A stretch of 64,000 nt of DNA from an uncultured Pseudomonadota bacterium. Lineage in GTDB: Bacteria; Babelota; Babeliae; Babelales; RVW-14. Made by a program: the position numbers and the translations under genes. Below, in pieces: positions 36,917 to 47,578 of this stretch. Within the stretch, counting starts at the first letter, position 1, and the number at the start of each line of letters is the position of its first letter. Below the pieces are notes generated by a model. It saw only the letters and a list, made by a program, of their open reading frames with translations. It searched no databases and was not told the origin of the DNA. The stretch is taken from contig CAZBMD010000002.1 in assembly GCA_964493325.1 (NCBI GenBank), positions 26,416 to 90,415 on the forward strand, given 5' to 3'.

Positions 36917-37816
36917 TTAAGCTTGCTTTGTCGTACGAAGCTCATCTTTATAAAAAATAAATAGTCCAATGCTGACGCACAACAGGCAGACAAAATAGTG
37001 CCATGAGACGTTGCCTCCGGTCAGTATCCACTCATAAAAAGTTGCAAATAGTGGGCAAAGAAAGCCTGCAAATGACAAAAAGGTGATTGAATAGCGAGTC
37101 ATCAAAAAGCCGAACAGATTGTAAAAAACGATATTTGCGGCAAAAATAAGTGCCAAAATCCAGAAGAAAAATCCCCAAATATCACTTACAGGAGGAACTA
37201 GCCCTTCGATTATCAGCGAAGTAATCCAGCTGAGAATTCCTCCGATGAACATGGTTATGCCGTTAATAAGAGCTAGCGGATAGCCCTTGTCGATCAGTTT
37301 TTTAATCAAAAACCAGGCGTATGCCGCTGATACCACTGCGGTGAGCAGTGCACATTCAGGCAATGAAATCGACCAGAGCTGCCCTGCGCTTTGTTCGGCT
37401 TGGCTTTGCGCTATTAGCACGGGAAATAGACCGGCAACGCCAAGCGCAATGCCTGCAATTTTCTGTATACTCAGTTTTTGTTTGAGTAAAAAATAAGCAA
37501 GAATTGCTGAAATAAATGGTGTGAGCGAATAGATCATGGTTGTCTTGATGGCTGAAACGTACGTGAGGCCCCAAAATTCCAGTACAAACGCAAAATAGAT
37601 GTAAAAAAGAGATGCGTTGAAAAACGAGCATAGATCTTTTTTACTAATTTTTGAAAAAATGCGATGATCTTTCCACCATTGAAAAGCGAGCAGAAAAAGG
37701 CCTGCAAGGGTCATGCGAAAACCTATAAAAAAACAGGGGCTTGCTGTTGCCACGCCTTGTTTTGCAAACCAAAAAGTGGACGCTAAGACTGCATATAAAA
37801 GTACAACAAGAAACAT
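36917..37816 (-). CDS. EamA/DMT superfamily transporter (10 TM)
   Basis: Start set to ATG 37816 (MFLVVLLYAVLASTFWFAKQG). The track ORF extends 66 codons further and would overlap the upstream gene. Two EamA-like 5-TM halves. Confidence 0.8.
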   Translation of the reverse strand: MFLVVLLYAVLASTFWFAKQGVATASPCFFIGFRMTLAGLFLLAFQWWKDHRIFSKISKKDLCSFFNASLFYIYFAFVLEFWGLTYVSAIKTTMIYSLTPFISAILAYFLLKQKLSIQKIAGIALGVAGLFPVLIAQSQAEQSAGQLWSISLPECALLTAVVSAAYAWFLIKKLIDKGYPLALINGITMFIGGILSWITSLIIEGLVPPVSDIWGFFFWILALIFAANIVFYNLFGFLMTRYSITFLSFAGFLCPLFATFYEWILTGGNVSWHYFVCLLCVSIGLFIFYKDELRTTKQA

Positions 37817-37826
37817 AGTGCTCCAT

Positions 37827-38603
37827 TTATAAGTTAGGCTGGTTATTAAAATTAAATTGTACGCTATTTCCAGCTTTTGCTCCAAAAAATTGTGCAGCTG
37901 AGCCGAGATTAATGGCGATTTCGAGCGTGTTGTTGCTTCCCTTATAGGCAAGTAATTGACCTTCTGGGACTGCGCTGAAAGTATTAGTAATAGGTAACGT
38001 TTCTGATATGTCATTGATTACGACTGTTGCTGTTTTATGCTTTGCATCGGGCGTATCTGGGAATTGAATATTAGTTTTGATATTTCCAAAGCTATCTATA
38101 AATGAAACGATTGTTTGGTTATCAAGTTCTGGTAAGATTTCTAACTGATTGATTTCAATGAGCTGCAAGAAATCTCGTTTGCCGTGGGCAAACGCTGCCG
38201 CAGCTGGCGAGAATAGATCCCGTCCATGGAAAGTATTGGAAGCAATCTTAAACTTTGTTTCATCAATTAGAAAGGCTGATGAAAGAGGATTGCTTTTGAG
38301 TAAAGCATGAAATATCCCATTGTTGGGCCCAAAAAAATGTTGATTGTTAGCGTGTAGATAAATGGGTTGGCGTTCACTGCCAACGCCTGGGTCGACTATG
38401 CAAATAAAAACGGTTTCTTTTGGAAAGAATGGGTGCACTTTATCGATGATAAATGCAGCGCTCACAAGATTGAATTTATCGACAGTATGATCGATGTCGA
38501 TAATAGTACATTCTGGAGCCTCTTTCAGTAAGACTCCTCGAATAGATGCAACTGCAAAATCATTGCCAAAATCGGTTAATAATCCAAAAATTTGTTTCTT
38601 CAT
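37827..38603 (-). CDS. DUF62 family SAM hydroxide adenosyltransferase / SAM-dependent halogenase family protein
   Basis: Family motifs LLTDFGNDFAV, VDPGVGSERQPI, FHGRDLFSPAAAAFA and IDSFGNIKTNI. 258 aa. Confidence 0.8.
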   Translation of the reverse strand: MKKQIFGLLTDFGNDFAVASIRGVLLKEAPECTIIDIDHTVDKFNLVSAAFIIDKVHPFFPKETVFICIVDPGVGSERQPIYLHANNQHFFGPNNGIFHALLKSNPLSSAFLIDETKFKIASNTFHGRDLFSPAAAAFAHGKRDFLQLIEINQLEILPELDNQTIVSFIDSFGNIKTNIQFPDTPDAKHKTATVVINDISETLPITNTFSAVPEGQLLAYKGSNNTLEIAINLGSAAQFFGAKAGNSVQFNFNNQPNL

Positions 38604-38995
38604 GGTTTTAGACTTTCTGATTTTAAAATCAAAATAACATAACGAACGGATGGCATCGTTGATAATTACATCTAAGCAGAAATATTAACGGCATAATTGA
38701 TAGTTTTGCTAATGGCTTTATTAAGCTGTTTAGGTAATTACCAAAAATTAAACTAAAAAATGAATAGTGAAGATAAAAAAATATGGCTTACGCCATCATA
38801 GAGATTGATGCTGAGCGCATTATGATAGAGAAGTGTACAGAGGAGATCTGGCGTTGTTTTGCTCCAAGGTGAGATACGGGTTTAAGCGCCGTGTCGGTCA
38901 TGGGGATAGCTCCTTGAAATTTTGAAAATAATTTTACATCACATGTGGAGTACTTTATCTTGTTTTAAAAAAATGTGCAAATGGTTCAAAACGAC

Positions 38996-39025
38996 AAACG
39001 AGCGGACTTTTAAGTCCGCTCGTTT
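38996..39025 (-). terminator. Rho-independent terminator after rseP
   Basis: Near-perfect long palindrome aaacgagcggactt / aagtccgctcgttt, 23 nt downstream of the rseP stop. On the minus strand the stem is followed by gtcgtttt. Confidence 0.75.
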
Positions 39026-39047
39026 AGTATAAAAATATGCTAAAAAA

Positions 39048-40211
39048 TTATTTGACCAGTGTCATAATGCTTGCAAAAAGCTTGCTAAGGCTGTCTCCAA
39101 ATATAGTGATGATGTCTTTGTAGGTCAAATAGAGAGCAAGGCCTATGAAAAGCGCCCATGAGGCAAGATTAATGGCCAATTTGACTGAATCTGGAATCCG
39201 ACGTCTAATAATCGCTTCAATTGTAACAAACAGAAGCTGGCCACCATCAAGAGCCCCGATTGGCAAAATATTCATGAGGGCAAGGTTAATGCTGATGATT
39301 GCAAGGAAGGCTAGGAGAGCCATTAAGCCGTTTTGTGCAGAGGTAAAGCTTTGAGAAAGGATCATCACAGGACCGCCAGCACCTTCAAGTGTACGTTGGG
39401 TGATCAAATATTTGACACTGCGTGCAATGTCGCAAATCCATTGATTGGTAAGCTTAATTCCTTCGCAAATTGCTTGCATGAAAGGGAGGCGTGGAATTGG
39501 TGCTTGTAACATGGCTCCCAGTGATCCAACTTGAGTAGAGCCATCTTGAAGTACGCCTATTTTGAGTCGCTTAACAATTTTTTTATTGTCCCTAATAAGA
39601 TGGAGTTTAACTTTTTCTCCAGGATGTTTACGAATTTCGCTCCAAAGAATTTGTCGTGCTTGCGGTAAGAGGTTTTGTTCTTCGTCTTGTAGCGAGGTTT
39701 TATTAATGGCAGTTATTTGATCTCCTGGATGAATATTGAATTTTTCAGCAGCAGAGTCTTTAACAATAGCGGCAACAGTGACGCCAATATTTTTAGTATC
39801 GGTCCCTGCCATGAAGAGCGTTACGAAGACGCCATAGGCAAAAATGAGGTTGAATAGAATGCCTCCAGAAAGAACGAAAAATTTTTGCCAGTAGGGTTTT
39901 ACGCCAAAAGAGTCAGATCCTTTCTGTTCGGCGTGTTCTTGGGATCCTTGGCCTATTTCGGCAAGCCCTGAAATTTCGACGTAGCCGCCTAGGGGGATGA
40001 TTGCAATTCTAAAATTTGTATTTCCGATCTTTTTTTTAAAAATTTCTGGGCCAAACCCAATTGAAAAAGTAGGGGTATGGATCCCAAAAATCTTACAAAA
40101 GAGAAAGTGCCCTAGTTCATGAATGGTGATGAGCAGCTCGAAGCCAATCAGCGCGTACAAGAGAGGGAGTAGTTTTGACGAGAAAAATATGCAAAATGTA
40201 TGAAAAAGCAT
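39048..40211 (-). CDS. rseP: RIP metalloprotease RseP (site-2 protease, M50) with PDZ domain
   Basis: HELGHF zinc motif in TM1, central PDZ-like region, and C-terminal NILPIGALDGG motif. Confidence 0.9.
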   Translation of the reverse strand: MLFHTFCIFFSSKLLPLLYALIGFELLITIHELGHFLFCKIFGIHTPTFSIGFGPEIFKKKIGNTNFRIAIIPLGGYVEISGLAEIGQGSQEHAEQKGSDSFGVKPYWQKFFVLSGGILFNLIFAYGVFVTLFMAGTDTKNIGVTVAAIVKDSAAEKFNIHPGDQITAINKTSLQDEEQNLLPQARQILWSEIRKHPGEKVKLHLIRDNKKIVKRLKIGVLQDGSTQVGSLGAMLQAPIPRLPFMQAICEGIKLTNQWICDIARSVKYLITQRTLEGAGGPVMILSQSFTSAQNGLMALLAFLAIISINLALMNILPIGALDGGQLLFVTIEAIIRRRIPDSVKLAINLASWALFIGLALYLTYKDIITIFGDSLSKLFASIMTLVK

Positions 40212-40612
40212 TTGTTTTTCCTTTTTTATTTGAAATAAAGGGTGAACACATTACTCCCTAGTATCTCAGATTCTTGTTAAAAAGACTACACTACGAGAGG
40301 TTTTCTTTGCTATCCCCTTATTCAATTATTCTTTTCGTTATAGCCCGCTTTAAAGTAGGGTTTATAAGAAATGTGCGTAGGTGAGGGATATTTTTACTTG
40401 AAAAAATTGTAAAAAAATATAAAATCAATCCAGTAATTGTTCTCGTTTGGTGGACTTTTCTTTAACAAAAGTTTGCAAAGTGGCAATACGCACGGTTCTA
40501 TAATTTAAAAGTAAGAGCCACGGAAAAAGCATTTAGAGCGTTCAACAGCGAGTTCTGTGTTGTTTACCAGCAATAGTAACGGTTTTTTTATAATAAGGTA
40601 GGATTTTTAGAT

Positions 40613-40999
40613 ATGCCAACGATTAATCAACTTGTACGCGATAAGCGTAAAAAGGTTGGGAGCAGAACCAAGGCTCCTGCGTTAAGTTCTTGTCCGCAAC
40701 GACGCGGTGTTTGCGTTCGTGTTTACACTCAAACGCCCAAAAAGCCTAACTCAGCGCTTAGAAAAGTTGCTCGTGTCAAGCTTACAACTGGCAAAGAAAT
40801 AACCGCGTATATTCCTGGTGAAGGCCATAACTTGCAAGAACACTCTGTTGTCTTGGTGCGTGGTGGGAGAGTAAAAGATTTGCCCGGTGTACGCTATCAT
40901 ATTGTTCGCGGAACGCTTGATGCTGCTGGAGTAGCAGGACGAAACCAAAGTCGTTCGTTGTATGGTACAAAACGTAAGAAGGGTGAGAAGAATGCCTAG
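40613..40999 (+). CDS. rpsL: 30S ribosomal protein S12
   Basis: [14 protein letters not shown].. and [14 protein letters not shown] are the canonical S12 sequence. Confidence 0.97.
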   Translation: MPTINQLVRDKRKKVGSRTKAPALSSCPQRRGVCVRVYTQTPKKPNSALRKVARVKLTTGKEITAYIPGEGHNLQEHSVVLVRGGRVKDLPGVRYHIVRGTLDAAGVAGRNQSRSLYGTKRKKGEKNA

Positions 41000-41474
41000 A
41001 CGTCAATCGGTCAATTTTATCAGAGATATTGGAGTTGATCCTCGCTTTAAATCTGAATTGGTACAAAAATTTATTAACATGGTCATGGAAAGTGGCAAGA
41101 AGAATATTGCACGTCGCTTAGTGTATGATGCATTTGATATTCTTGCTCAAAAAAGTGGCGGAGATGACAGAAAAGCTTATGCCCTTTTTGAAAAAGCCCT
41201 TAACCAAATTAAGCCATTTGTTGAGGTAAAGTCTCGCCGTGTTGGCGGTGGTGTTTACCAAATTCCTACAGAAGTTCGACCAAGTCGGGCTGTTGCTCTA
41301 TCTTACCGCTGGCTTATCGAGTCCGCAGCAAGTCGCTCAGACAAAACAATGGGCAAGCGTCTTGCGCACGAGATTATCGATGCTGCAGAAGGTCATGGAA
41401 ACGCTGTAAAGAAAAAGAACGATGTACATCGTATGGCTGAAGCGAACAGGGCATTCTCGCACTACGCTTGGTAG
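40992..41474 (+). CDS. rpsG: 30S ribosomal protein S7
   Basis: ATG 40992 (MPRRQSV..) overlaps the rpsL stop by 8 nt. S7 sequence ends ..RAFSHYAW. Confidence 0.95.
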   Translation: MPRRQSVNFIRDIGVDPRFKSELVQKFINMVMESGKKNIARRLVYDAFDILAQKSGGDDRKAYALFEKALNQIKPFVEVKSRRVGGGVYQIPTEVRPSRAVALSYRWLIESAASRSDKTMGKRLAHEIIDAAEGHGNAVKKKNDVHRMAEANRAFSHYAW

Positions 41475-41489
41475 TAATTGGGGTTATCT

Positions 41490-43562
41490 ATGAGTATGAG
41501 TAAATTATTAAAACAGAGAAATATTGGGATCATGGCTCACATCGACGCCGGTAAGACGACGGTGACTGAGCGTATTTTGTTTTATACCGGTGTTTCTCAC
41601 AAGATTGGTGAAGTTCATGAGGGCGAAGCCGTTATGGACTGGATGGAGCAAGAGCGTGAACGTGGTATTACTATCACCGCAGCCGCAACCACTTGTTCTT
41701 GGAAAGACCATCTTATTAACATCATCGATACTCCAGGTCACGTAGATTTTACAATTGAAGTAGAGCGTTCGTTACGTGTTCTTGATGGAGCTGTAGGTGT
41801 TTTCTGTGGAGTTGGAGGCGTACAGCCGCAGTCTGAAACCGTATGGAAGCAAGCTGATCGCTACGAAGTTCCTCGCATTGCTTTTGTTAATAAGCTTGAT
41901 CGTATAGGCGCCGATTACTTTGCGGTTGTTGAAGAAATTGATAAAAAGTTGGCAGGCAATCCGCTTGCTATGCAAATTCCTATAGGTGAAGCCGACACGT
42001 TTAGCGCTATTATTGATGTTCTTGAGCGCCGTATGGCGGTTTTTGAAGACTCCGTGCAAGGTTCAACAATTCGTTGGGAAGAAATTCCAGCTGAATACAA
42101 AGAGCAAGCGGATGATTTATACGAAAAAATAGTTGAGCGAGCTTGCGACTTCAATGATGATCTTGCAGAGCGATATCTTGACGGAAAAGCCTATACTCTA
42201 GCAGATGTGAAAGCTGCTTTGCGTAAAGGTGTATTAGCTCAACAAGTGACGCCGGTATTTTGTGGAGCGGCATTTAAGAATAAAGGTGTTCAGCTTTTGC
42301 TTGATGCTGTTATTGATTATATGCCATCTCCGTTGGATATTCCTTTTGTTCGTGCAATGGAAGCTGAGACAAAGGCTCCAATCGAACTTAAGAATGCTGA
42401 TTCGAGCGGCCCATTTTGTGCACTTGCATTTAAAATTATGATAGATCCTTTTGTTGGATCTTTAACCTTTATTCGCGTATATTCTGGAAAATTAGAAGCC
42501 GGATCATATGTTTATAATGTTACAAAAGGCAGAAAAGAACGCGTTAGTCGTCTTTTAAAAATGCATGCCAATAAGCGTGAAGAAATTAAATCAGTGGCAG
42601 CAGGAGATATTGCTGCTGTTGTAGGTCTTAAAGACGTTGTAACAGGGGATACGCTTTGCGACGAAGGAAACAATATTTTACTTGAGTCGATAACGTTTCC
42701 AGATCCAGTTATTCATATTGCAATTGAGCCAAAAGGCAAAGGCGATTATGAAAAAATGGTTCTTGCTTTGCGTAAATTAATGCAAGAAGATCCTTCGTTC
42801 CGATTTACCTATAACACCGAAACTAACCAAACAATTATTTCAGGAATGGGTGAACTTCACCTTGAAATTATTGTTGATCGTTTGTTGCGTGAGCATAAAA
42901 TTGAATCAAATGTTGGTAAGGCACAAGTAGCTTACAAAGAAACAATTCAGAAATCAGTTGAGTCTGAAGGAAAGTTCATTCGTCAATCTGGTGGTCATGG
43001 TCAATATGGTCACGTGTGGTTGAAGGTTGAGCCTCTTGAGCGCGGTGAGGGTGTGAAATTTGAAAATGATATCACTGGTGGTGTTATTCCTCGTGAATTT
43101 ATCCCTGGGATTGAAAAAGGTTTCATGGAATCACTTTCAACTGGAGTTCTTGCTGGGTATCCAGTTGTTGATGTGAAGGCGTCTGTTTTTGATGGTTCAT
43201 ATCACGATGTGGATTCTTCGGAACTTGCATTTAAGATTGCAGCTTCAATGGCATTTAAAGATGGTATGGCCAAAGCGTCACCAGTTCTTTTGGAACCAAT
43301 TATGAAGGTTGAGGTGGTAACGCCTGAAGAGAATATGGGTGATGTGATGGGAGATCTTAACTCTCGACGTGGAAGAATTTTGGGCATGGATGCGCATAAA
43401 AATTCCCACATCGTTACAGCGGAAGTACCACTTGGGGAAATGTTTGGTTATTCCACGGAACTTCGTTCTATGACTAAGGGACGTGCGAGCTATTCAATGC
43501 AATTTGAAGTGTATCGTGAAGTTCCAAGAAACGTGCAAGAAAGTATAGTAAGTAAAAAATAA
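41490..43562 (+). CDS. fusA: Elongation factor G
   Basis: G motifs [17 protein letters not shown] and NKLD. ~690 aa. ATG 41490 is preferred over TTG 41478. Confidence 0.97.
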   Translation: MSMSKLLKQRNIGIMAHIDAGKTTVTERILFYTGVSHKIGEVHEGEAVMDWMEQERERGITITAAATTCSWKDHLINIIDTPGHVDFTIEVERSLRVLDGAVGVFCGVGGVQPQSETVWKQADRYEVPRIAFVNKLDRIGADYFAVVEEIDKKLAGNPLAMQIPIGEADTFSAIIDVLERRMAVFEDSVQGSTIRWEEIPAEYKEQADDLYEKIVERACDFNDDLAERYLDGKAYTLADVKAALRKGVLAQQVTPVFCGAAFKNKGVQLLLDAVIDYMPSPLDIPFVRAMEAETKAPIELKNADSSGPFCALAFKIMIDPFVGSLTFIRVYSGKLEAGSYVYNVTKGRKERVSRLLKMHANKREEIKSVAAGDIAAVVGLKDVVTGDTLCDEGNNILLESITFPDPVIHIAIEPKGKGDYEKMVLALRKLMQEDPSFRFTYNTETNQTIISGMGELHLEIIVDRLLREHKIESNVGKAQVAYKETIQKSVESEGKFIRQSGGHGQYGHVWLKVEPLERGEGVKFENDITGGVIPREFIPGIEKGFMESLSTGVLAGYPVVDVKASVFDGSYHDVDSSELAFKIAASMAFKDGMAKASPVLLEPIMKVEVVTPEENMGDVMGDLNSRRGRILGMDAHKNSHIVTAEVPLGEMFGYSTELRSMTKGRASYSMQFEVYREVPRNVQESIVSKK

Positions 43563-43599
43563 GTATATGATGTTTTTAGTCTCTGGAAGGATTTAAATA

Positions 43600-44790
43600 A
43601 TGGCAAAAAGCGTATTTGAGCGTAAAAAGCCGCATTGTAACGTTGGAACTATTGGTCACGTTGATCATGGTAAAACGACCTTGACAGCAGCGATTACAAA
43701 AGTTCTTGCTGAAAAAGGTATGGCTGAGTTTAAGGCCTACGATCAGATTGATAAATCACCTGAAGAAAAAGCTCGTGGTATTACCATCGCAGCAACTCAC
43801 GTTGAGTATGAAACTCCAAATAGACACTATGCTCACGTTGACTGTCCTGGTCACGCTGACTATGTTAAAAACATGATCACCGGTGCTGCACAGATGGATG
43901 GAGCTATTTTGGTTGTTTCTGCAGCCGATGGACCAATGCCTCAGACACGTGAACACATCTTGTTGTCTCGTCAAGTTGGTGTGCCTGCGCTTGTTGTTTT
44001 CTTGAACAAGGTAGACATGGTTGATGACCTTGGAATGGTTGAGCTTGTTGAAGAAGAAATCAGAGAGCTATTGACAAAGAATGGTTTCCCTGGTGATAAA
44101 ACTCCGATTGTTCGTGGATCAGCGCTTAAAGCGTTGCAAGGCGATAATTCTGAGCTTGGCGTTGACGCTATCATGAAGCTTATGGAGGCTGTTGATTCTT
44201 TTATCCCAACTCCAAAGCGTGATAAAGAAAAGCCTTTCATGATGCCTATTGAAGACGTATTCTCTATTTCTGGTCGTGGAACTGTAGTAACCGGTCGTAT
44301 TGAATCAGGTGTTGGTAAAGTTGGCGATACTGTTGAGATCGTTGGCTTTAGAGATACTCAAAGCAGTACCATTACCGGTATCGAAATGTTCAATAAAGAA
44401 ATGAAAGAAGGCGAAGCTGGCGAAAACGTTGGTGTGCTTCTTCGTGGTATTAAAAAAGAAGATGTTGAGCGAGGACAAGTTGTGTGTGCTCCGGGTTCAA
44501 TTAAGCCTCACAAGAAGTTTAAAGCCCAAATCGTTATTCTTACCAAAGAGGACGGTGGACGACACAGCCCATTTTTCTCCGGATACAGACCTCAGTTTTA
44601 TTTTAGAACAACTGACGTTACCGGTTCGATTACGCTTCCAGCTGATCGTGAAATGGTTATGCCTGGCGATGACGTCACCGTATCTGTCGAACTAGTAAGC
44701 AAAATCGCTATGGATAAAGAGTTGCGATTTGCAGTTCGAGAAGGTGGACGAACCATTGGTGCAGGAATTGTTACTGAAATCATCGAGTAA
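43600..44790 (+). CDS. tuf: Elongation factor Tu
   Basis: [18 protein letters not shown] and NKVD motifs. 396 aa. Confidence 0.98.
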   Translation: MAKSVFERKKPHCNVGTIGHVDHGKTTLTAAITKVLAEKGMAEFKAYDQIDKSPEEKARGITIAATHVEYETPNRHYAHVDCPGHADYVKNMITGAAQMDGAILVVSAADGPMPQTREHILLSRQVGVPALVVFLNKVDMVDDLGMVELVEEEIRELLTKNGFPGDKTPIVRGSALKALQGDNSELGVDAIMKLMEAVDSFIPTPKRDKEKPFMMPIEDVFSISGRGTVVTGRIESGVGKVGDTVEIVGFRDTQSSTITGIEMFNKEMKEGEAGENVGVLLRGIKKEDVERGQVVCAPGSIKPHKKFKAQIVILTKEDGGRHSPFFSGYRPQFYFRTTDVTGSITLPADREMVMPGDDVTVSVELVSKIAMDKELRFAVREGGRTIGAGIVTEIIE

Positions 44791-44812
44791 GTATTAGCTG
44801 GATATAGCAAAA

Positions 44813-45118
44813 ATGAAAAAGCATAAGATTCGTTTAACTTTAAAATCTTACGATCATCAACTGCTTGATAATGCAGTAAAACAGATCGTCATGACGGTAA
44901 AAAGAACAGGATCCCAAGTGTTGGGACCTGTTCCTCTGCCTAGTAGGAAAAAGTGCTTTACAGTTCTTAGGTCGCCGCATATTGATAAAAAATCAAGAGA
45001 GCAGTTCGAGCTTACGACACACAAACGAATTTTGGATATTGTGTCTCCCGCAGAACAGACCATGGATGCTCTAATGAAGCTTAACATTTCCGCTGGTGTA
45101 GATGTGGAAATTAAGTAA
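44813..45118 (+). CDS. rpsJ: 30S ribosomal protein S10
   Basis: [29 protein letters not shown] is the S10 signature. First gene of the S10 block. Confidence 0.96.
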   Translation: MKKHKIRLTLKSYDHQLLDNAVKQIVMTVKRTGSQVLGPVPLPSRKKCFTVLRSPHIDKKSREQFELTTHKRILDIVSPAEQTMDALMKLNISAGVDVEIK

Positions 45119-45137
45119 GACTGCTTGAGAGGCTGCT

Positions 45138-45764
45138 ATGTTGAATAGTGTACTAGGTAAAAAAATTGGAATGACTCAGGTATTCGATGCAAAAGGCAAT
45201 GTTGTGCCTGTAACTGTTGTCGACATCTCCAATCTATTTGTAACACAAATTAAGACACCTGAAAAAGATGGTTATACTGCTGTGCAAGTCGGTATGTTGC
45301 GTAAGCGCTACCGTGGTGAATCTTTTTCTCCTGCTTGGTTAGAAGCTAAGAAGGACATTTTCTTGCACATTAGAGAGGTTCAAGCTGAGCACATTTCTGA
45401 GCTTACACAAGGTCAAGCTCTTACCATTGACAACTCTTCAATCCAAGAGGGTATGAAAGTTGTAGTAACTGGAACGAGCAAGGGTCTTGGTTTTCAGGGT
45501 GTTGTAAAACGCTGGGGCTTTGCAGGTGGTCCAAAAGCTCACGGGTCTAAGTTTCACCGTCGACCAGGTTCGAGCGGAAACATGAGACGACAGGGTGAAG
45601 TTTTGAAGGGAAAGAAATTTCCTGGCCACATGGGTACTGACCAAGTTTCTGTTAAGGGTCTGACTGTTGTGCGGATTGATAGAGAGAATGGTTGCCTGTT
45701 CATCAAGGGAGCATTACCGGGAAAGAAAGAATCTCTGGTGCTCGTTAAAAAACAAGGAAACTAA
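45138..45764 (+). CDS. rplC: 50S ribosomal protein L3
   Basis: GKKIGMTQVFDAKGNVVPVTVV and FQGVVKRWGFAGGPKAHGS motifs, plus synteny. Confidence 0.96.
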   Translation: MLNSVLGKKIGMTQVFDAKGNVVPVTVVDISNLFVTQIKTPEKDGYTAVQVGMLRKRYRGESFSPAWLEAKKDIFLHIREVQAEHISELTQGQALTIDNSSIQEGMKVVVTGTSKGLGFQGVVKRWGFAGGPKAHGSKFHRRPGSSGNMRRQGEVLKGKKFPGHMGTDQVSVKGLTVVRIDRENGCLFIKGALPGKKESLVLVKKQGN

Positions 45765-45766
45765 TT

Positions 45767-46399
45767 ATGGCAACTATACAGGTTTTCGGCATTAATGGAA
45801 CATCGAACTCAGTTGACATAGCACAGGATTTTGTTCGTAAAGATGCGAATCCAACAGCTTATGCATGCGCTGTTCGAGTTCTTCTTCAAAACTGGAGACA
45901 AGGCACCGTAGGGTGTAAGGATCGTGGCGAAGTTTCTTTTTCCAACCGTAAGCCATGGAAGCAAAAAGGAACTGGGCGCGCTCGAGCAGGAACTCCTCGA
46001 TCTCCTTTGTGGAGAAAAGGTGGCGTGACTTTTGGTCCGCAGCCCCGCGTTCGTACGCTATCGCTTAATGCAAATCAAAGAACTTTGGTTTTTAATAACT
46101 TATTTTTTGGAATGCTTGATAAAAAGAGTATCTATTGCTTGGATCGTGAAAATGAACAAAAACCTAGCACCAAAGCTGCTGTTGCAGCATTAAAAAGCAT
46201 GGATTTAACAAATAAAAAAGTTGTTGTATTCCTTGCATTTGGTGATGTGGTTAATTTTGCATCATTTAGAAATCTTCCAAATGTTAATATTCTATCGTTC
46301 GATCAGCCAAATGCATTTGATTTGAGCAATGCGGATTATTGGGTGTTTTTGAAAAAAGATATGGACCTCTTTAATGGAATGATTGCACGATGGAATTAA
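45767..46399 (+). CDS. rplD: 50S ribosomal protein L4
   Basis: KPWKQKGTGRARAGTPRSPLWRKGGVTFGP is the L4 signature, plus synteny. Confidence 0.95.
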   Translation: MATIQVFGINGTSNSVDIAQDFVRKDANPTAYACAVRVLLQNWRQGTVGCKDRGEVSFSNRKPWKQKGTGRARAGTPRSPLWRKGGVTFGPQPRVRTLSLNANQRTLVFNNLFFGMLDKKSIYCLDRENEQKPSTKAAVAALKSMDLTNKKVVVFLAFGDVVNFASFRNLPNVNILSFDQPNAFDLSNADYWVFLKKDMDLFNGMIARWN

Positions 46400-46734
46400 G
46401 TATTTATGATATCATCAAGCGCGCAGTAATAACGAGCAAAAGTGCAGAACTTTATCGCACGCTTGGTCAAATAACATTTGAAGTAAACAACAATGCAAAT
46501 AAGATTGTTGTTCGTAATGCTGTTGAGAAAATTTGGAATGTCGAAGTTGCAGCTGTTCGCATTATTAATAATAGTGGGAAAGTAAAAACATTTGCTCGAC
46601 GAACATTTAAATCTCCTGACAGGAAGAAGGCGATTATAACACTTAAAAAAGGTTATAAAATCGAAATTCCTGGCATGTTTGAAGGCGCGACTATGCCTTC
46701 AGAAACACCTTTTGTAGAAGCTGAAGGAAACTAA
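46390..46734 (+). CDS. rplW: 50S ribosomal protein L23
   Basis: Position between rplD and rplB. YDIIKRAVITSKS..ITFEV..NANKIVVRNAVEKIWNV is L23-like. Overlaps rplD by 10 nt. Confidence 0.9.
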   Translation: MELSIYDIIKRAVITSKSAELYRTLGQITFEVNNNANKIVVRNAVEKIWNVEVAAVRIINNSGKVKTFARRTFKSPDRKKAIITLKKGYKIEIPGMFEGATMPSETPFVEAEGN

Positions 46735-46735
46735 G

Positions 46736-47551
46736 ATGCCTATAGTTAATAGAAAACCGAGAAACCCATCTTTGCGTCAGCAGCAATATATCGTACAACC
46801 AGATCTTTCTAAAGATGCGCCAGAAAAAAGTTTACTTGCGCCGCTTAAAAAGACTGGTGGTCGTAATGCGTATGGAAGAATTACATCTCGTCATCGTGGC
46901 GGTGGTGCAAAAAAAACATACAGAATTATCGATTTCAAACGCATGCATAAAGATGTTCCGGGTAAGGTTATTTCATTACAATATGACCCAAATAGAAATT
47001 TACCTATCGCGCTTGTTTTGTACGAAAACGGAGCTCGAGGTTATATTTTGAGGGCTGAAGGTCTCAATTTAGGTATGCCTGTTCTTGCAAGTGAAAAAGC
47101 TGAAGCAAAAATAGGAAACTGCATTCCATTGAGAAATATTCCTATTGGATTTTTTATTCATAACGTTGAATTGACCCCTGGTCAAGGTGGTAAATTTGCT
47201 CGCAGCGCTGGTTGTGCAGTGCAGCTTATGGCTAAAGAAAATGATTTAGCCATTTTGAAGATGCCGTCTGGCGAATTGCGTACTGTTGGTGTAGCAAATT
47301 GGGCCACAATTGGAACGCTTTCTAATGCTGACTATAGAAATATGGTTATCGGAAAAGCAGGAAGATCTCGTCGTATGGGTATAAGACCAACGGTGCGAGG
47401 TATGGCCATGAATCCAGTTGATCACCCACATGGTGGTGGTGAAGGTCGTTCAAAATCGGGATCTCACCCAACGACACCTTGGGGTAAAAATTGTAAGGGC
47501 GCGCGTACTCGAAAACGTAAGAGTTCTGCAATTTTGAAGAGAAGAAAGTAA
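46736..47551 (+). CDS. rplB: 50S ribosomal protein L2
   Basis: GRNAYGRITSRHRGGG and MNPVDHPHGGGEGR motifs. Confidence 0.97.
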   Translation: MPIVNRKPRNPSLRQQQYIVQPDLSKDAPEKSLLAPLKKTGGRNAYGRITSRHRGGGAKKTYRIIDFKRMHKDVPGKVISLQYDPNRNLPIALVLYENGARGYILRAEGLNLGMPVLASEKAEAKIGNCIPLRNIPIGFFIHNVELTPGQGGKFARSAGCAVQLMAKENDLAILKMPSGELRTVGVANWATIGTLSNADYRNMVIGKAGRSRRMGIRPTVRGMAMNPVDHPHGGGEGRSKSGSHPTTPWGKNCKGARTRKRKSSAILKRRK

Positions 47552-47578
47552 AAATTACATAGAGGATTGGAATAATAC

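Noticed and set aside
37817-38014. N-terminal 66 codons of track ORF 36917..38014.
   Set aside because: This extension overlaps the 3' end of the well-supported DUF62 gene in another frame and has no membrane-protein character. The internal ATG 37816 begins the first TM helix of the EamA transporter.
38840-38915. Possible SRP (4.5S) RNA, or an SAM/SAH riboswitch, in the GC-rich patch. It shows local resemblance such as ccaaggtgagat.. and ..acggcgct.
   Set aside because: The defining elements are absent on both strands. There is no GGAA tetraloop/AGCAGC helix-8 motif for SRP RNA. There is no GAGGGA/S-box core and no SAH-riboswitch GAGGAGCGC..GGCGCUCAC pairing. The resemblance is limited to a few bases, so only an unclassified element is reported.
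40398-40504. Promoter-like hexamers upstream of rpsL: TTGAAA-16-TAAAAT at 40398..40425, and TTGCAA..TATAAT at 40473..40504.
   Set aside because: The second pair has a non-functional 20-nt spacing. In DNA this AT-rich, such matches arise by chance, so neither can be supported without transcript mapping.
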